Source: a virus (lineage: Duplodnaviria; Caudoviricetes). From it: 46,761 nucleotides of DNA. Each line of letters opens with the position of its first letter. The stretch's first letter is position 1. The stretch is from the IMG/VR virus record IMGVR_UViG_3300025168_000148, positions 1 through 46,761 of that record. One strand, given 5' to 3'. The translations under genes were made by a program, and so were the position numbers. Shown one piece after another: positions 44,274-46,761 of this stretch. The notes beneath the pieces are model-generated. The model was not told the origin of the DNA. It did no database searches and saw nothing but the letters and a program-made list of their open reading frames with translations.

Positions 44274-46459
44274 TGAAAAAATTACTATTATTATTATTAT
44301 TACCATTTACAGTATTTTCTCAAAGCCCATTTAATTGTGTGCCTACTACTATTATTATAAATTTAGATCAATATCAAAGTGAAACATCTTGGGATATTAA
44401 AGATGTTAATGATAGTGTAGTTGCTTATGGAGATAGTTATTGGGCTTATCCTGATTATGCTAATGTTGTAGAAACAAGATGCCTTCCTATTGGTCCTTTA
44501 ACTTTTACAATATATGATTCTTATGGAGATGGGTTAAATGGAGCGCTTTGGGGTGGCTTAGATGGATCTTATTACTTAATACAATGTAATGATACTTTAG
44601 TATATGGAGACATCCCTAGCTTCTTATTTGATACAGCTCATGCTTTTGGCTCAGATGCTTGTCCTCCCGTCTTTGGGTGTATGGATCCATTGTATCTAGA
44701 GTTTAATCCTTTAGCAGATACAGATGACGGTTCATGCACTAACTTAACAGTATTTGGCTGTACTGACTCTACAATGTATAACTATGATACTTTAGCTAAT
44801 AAAATGGCTTTAATACCTAATTGTGATTATATATTAACTTTAACAGACTTGGTGGGTGATGGTTGGACTGCTTCTGAATTAGAAGTAAGACAAGATACTA
44901 ACGTTTGGTATTTTTCTCTTGACACGGCTTTGTTTTCATACGACTATACAATAAACTTAAGTTCACCTCAGCCAGTATTATTTAAGTTTTCTATATCAAG
45001 CCAAGCATCTCAATCAGCTGCGCATTGTGGTTTTAAATTAACAAATCCACTAGGGCAAACTATGATAGAAGTCTTACCTCCTTTTATAAGTCCATTATTT
45101 ACACACATTTCACCAACTTATTGTGGTAATTTATGTATAGAAAAAACATTAGGATGTATGGATTCATTAGCAGTTAATTATATTGATACAGTAAATACAG
45201 ATGACGGCAGCTGTTATTATGCTCCTGGTTGTACTAACTCTTCTTACTTAGAATATTACACTCAAAACTTTGTTGCTGATTACAACGATGGTTCTTGTGT
45301 TGTTTCAGCTATATGGGGATGTATAGATGCTACGGCTTTTAACTATGATAATTTAGCAAACATTGATAACGGTGGCTGTATTGATGTTGTCACTGGTTGT
45401 ATGCAGCCTCTAGCGTTTAATTATAATGCTCAGGCAAATACACCTGATACTTGTATTGCGGTAGTTTATGGCTGTATGAGCGCTATAGCATTAAATTATA
45501 ATTCTTTAGCTAATACAGATGACAATAGTTGTATAGGTATTATTTATGGTTGTACAGATTCTACTATGTGGAATTACTCTCCAAGTGCTAACGTAGACAA
45601 TAGTAGTTGTTTGCCTTATGTTTATGGGTGTACAGATGCTACTATGTGGAACTACAACGCTCAAGCTAATACAGAAAATGGTAGCTGTATAGAATATATT
45701 TATGGCTGTACAGATACTACCGCGTTTAACTACGATCCATTAGCTAACACTAATAATGACAATTGTATGTCTTATATTTATGGATGTACAGACCCAATAG
45801 CTTTAAACTATTGTGATACTTGTAACACCGATGATTTTAGTTGTATATTGCCTATTTATGGCTGTACAGATAGCACAATGTTTAATTATAACCCACTTGC
45901 CAATGTTGATAATAGCAGTTGTATTTCTTTTATATATGGTTGTACAGACCCGTCAATGCTCAACTACAATCCATCCGCTAATACAGAAAATTTTAGTTGC
46001 ATTTCTTATATTTATGGTTGTATGGATAGCACTGCTTTTAACTATAATCCACTGGCTAATACTGAAAATAATTCATGCATTGTTATGGTTGAAGGATGTA
46101 TGGATCCATTTGCATACAACTATTTGGAACAAGCAAACGTAAACGATAGTATAATTTGCTTATATAATGCAGAATGTATAACTGGGCCAGGAGAACCTTA
46201 TTGGTTAAATGATCCTTGTTATGCTTGGGTTCTTGAGGTTGATGAATATTGTTGTGAAAATGAATGGGATACTATATGTCAAGCTACGTATGATTATTGT
46301 GAAGGCACTTGGTCTGGCCCTTTATTAAGCAGAACAATAGAAAAAAAGAAATTATTAATGATTACAGATTTATTAGGAAGACCTGCAAAAGAAGGGACTA
46401 ATAAATTATTATTTTATATTTATAATGATGGGACTGTAATTAAAAAATTAACTAAATAA
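44273..46459 (+). CDS. secreted Cys-rich repeat protein with T9SS-like C-terminal sorting tail
   Basis: Signal peptide (TVFS|Q), an ETSW...DSYGDG domain, 15 GCxD-x2-A-x-NY-x3-AN-x-D-x2-SC repeats, a DEYCCENEWDTIC module, and terminal ITDLLGR...FYIYNDGTVIKK. Confidence 0.8.
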   Translation: MKKLLLLLLLPFTVFSQSPFNCVPTTIIINLDQYQSETSWDIKDVNDSVVAYGDSYWAYPDYANVVETRCLPIGPLTFTIYDSYGDGLNGALWGGLDGSYYLIQCNDTLVYGDIPSFLFDTAHAFGSDACPPVFGCMDPLYLEFNPLADTDDGSCTNLTVFGCTDSTMYNYDTLANKMALIPNCDYILTLTDLVGDGWTASELEVRQDTNVWYFSLDTALFSYDYTINLSSPQPVLFKFSISSQASQSAAHCGFKLTNPLGQTMIEVLPPFISPLFTHISPTYCGNLCIEKTLGCMDSLAVNYIDTVNTDDGSCYYAPGCTNSSYLEYYTQNFVADYNDGSCVVSAIWGCIDATAFNYDNLANIDNGGCIDVVTGCMQPLAFNYNAQANTPDTCIAVVYGCMSAIALNYNSLANTDDNSCIGIIYGCTDSTMWNYSPSANVDNSSCLPYVYGCTDATMWNYNAQANTENGSCIEYIYGCTDTTAFNYDPLANTNNDNCMSYIYGCTDPIALNYCDTCNTDDFSCILPIYGCTDSTMFNYNPLANVDNSSCISFIYGCTDPSMLNYNPSANTENFSCISYIYGCMDSTAFNYNPLANTENNSCIVMVEGCMDPFAYNYLEQANVNDSIICLYNAECITGPGEPYWLNDPCYAWVLEVDEYCCENEWDTICQATYDYCEGTWSGPLLSRTIEKKKLLMITDLLGRPAKEGTNKLLFYIYNDGTVIKKLTK
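45148..46160 (+). repeat. array of about 13 imperfect ~78-bp (26-aa) coding repeats
   Basis: Recurring TATGGxTGTACAGA...AAxTAxAAT...GCTAAT at about 78-bp spacing; two further copies lie near 44672..44825. Confidence 0.85.
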
Positions 46460-46463
46460 TAGC

Positions 46464-46761
46464 ATGGCTATACTAACTATAATAAGCGGAATACCATTAT
46501 TTTCTACAGAAGGAGAGGCTACAGCATGGGGAGCATCAAGAGGATTATCAGGATTTCATACACATAATTATAATGGAGAAGTAGGATATATGGGTGGTTT
46601 AGATCACAGCCAAGCATTAATATATAATCCTAATATATTAACAGAACAAGAAACATTAACAGAAGATGATATACCAATAAACGAACAAGAAGAAAACAAT
46701 ATAAATACATCTGATTCTTTACCTCCAACAACTAGTGGCTCTGGTGGAGGTGGAGGAGGAT
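46464..46761 (+). CDS. hypothetical protein running off the window end; His-containing N-terminal domain plus acidic/Gly-rich tail
   Basis: Open frame from ATG 46464: MAILTIISGIPLFSTEGEATAWGASRGLSGFHTHNYNGEVGYMGGLDHSQA...SGSGGGGGG. The GxHxH...MxxxxH pattern recalls DUF3721-like domains. Confidence 0.65.
   Translation, partial: MAILTIISGIPLFSTEGEATAWGASRGLSGFHTHNYNGEVGYMGGLDHSQALIYNPNILTEQETLTEDDIPINEQEENNINTSDSLPPTTSGSGGGGGG

Larger units (their letters stand above)
1..46761 (+). mobile_element. crAss-like bacteriophage genome segment (virion morphogenesis, virion RNAP and accessory modules)
   Basis: TerL-portal-scaffold-MCP-ring-IHF-tail stabilisation-giant RNAP order is the hallmark of Crassvirales. 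All genes are co-oriented and tightly packed. No integrase or host housekeeping genes are visible. Confidence 0.92.

Noticed and set aside
16963-46142. Alternative-frame + strand ORFs (16963, 17206, 20713, 45813)
   Set aside because: Nested in long genes; their Leu/Ile/Met/Val-rich composition is what a shifted frame of T-ending codons gives.
45148-46160. Regularly spaced repeats resembling a CRISPR array or DGR template
   Set aside because: They are degenerate in-frame coding repeats varying at third codon positions. There is no identical repeat/unique spacer structure and no cas or reverse transcriptase gene.
41451-46459. Prophage boundary into host chromosome
   Set aside because: Same strand, similar AT-rich composition and the same TAATG coupling as the phage genes, interleaved with holin-like phage ORFs. 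No att site, integrase or housekeeping gene is seen. An assembly check is still advisable.
1-46761. Stop-codon reassignment (TAG or TGA) as in some gut crAss-like phages
   Set aside because: Long genes are intact in the standard code. TAG ends genes at 6720, 14431 and 42563, and TGA ends genes at 317 and 43688, each followed promptly by a new start.
1-46761. tRNA or rRNA genes
   Set aside because: Intergenic gaps are at most about 130 nt and none shows a cloverleaf or T-loop GTTCRA context.

Overview
This window is a continuous, AT-rich, entirely + strand late (morphogenesis) region of a crAss-like tailed phage (Crassvirales-type, podovirus-like), most likely infecting an aquatic Bacteroidota/Flavobacteriia host. 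The gene order is: putative small terminase, large terminase, portal, acidic scaffold-like protein, major capsid protein, capsid accessory proteins, ring/tail-tubular proteins, an IHF-like protein and a 2350-aa tail stabilisation (muzzle) protein. Three ejected cargo proteins follow, then a 3757-aa virion RNA polymerase polyprotein (catalytic DLDGD, zincin HEAGH). Next come a duplicated LamG/accessory cassette and a host-envelope-targeted cassette at 41.4-46.5 kb. That cassette holds two signal-peptide outer-membrane beta-barrel-like proteins, small membrane proteins, an exported thioredoxin-fold protein lacking CxxC, and a 728-aa Cys-rich repeat protein with a type IX secretion-like C-terminal tail. 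All four exported proteins have Gln right after the predicted signal cleavage site (Bacteroidetes Q-rule). Other notable items are a 20-bp element exactly 10 nt upstream of two structural gene starts, Bacteroidota TAnnTTTG promoters, intergenic hairpins, and several small ORFs missing from the ORF track. TAA, TAG and TGA all act as stops, so there is no sign of recoding. All product calls come from motifs and synteny read by eye; no database searches were run.
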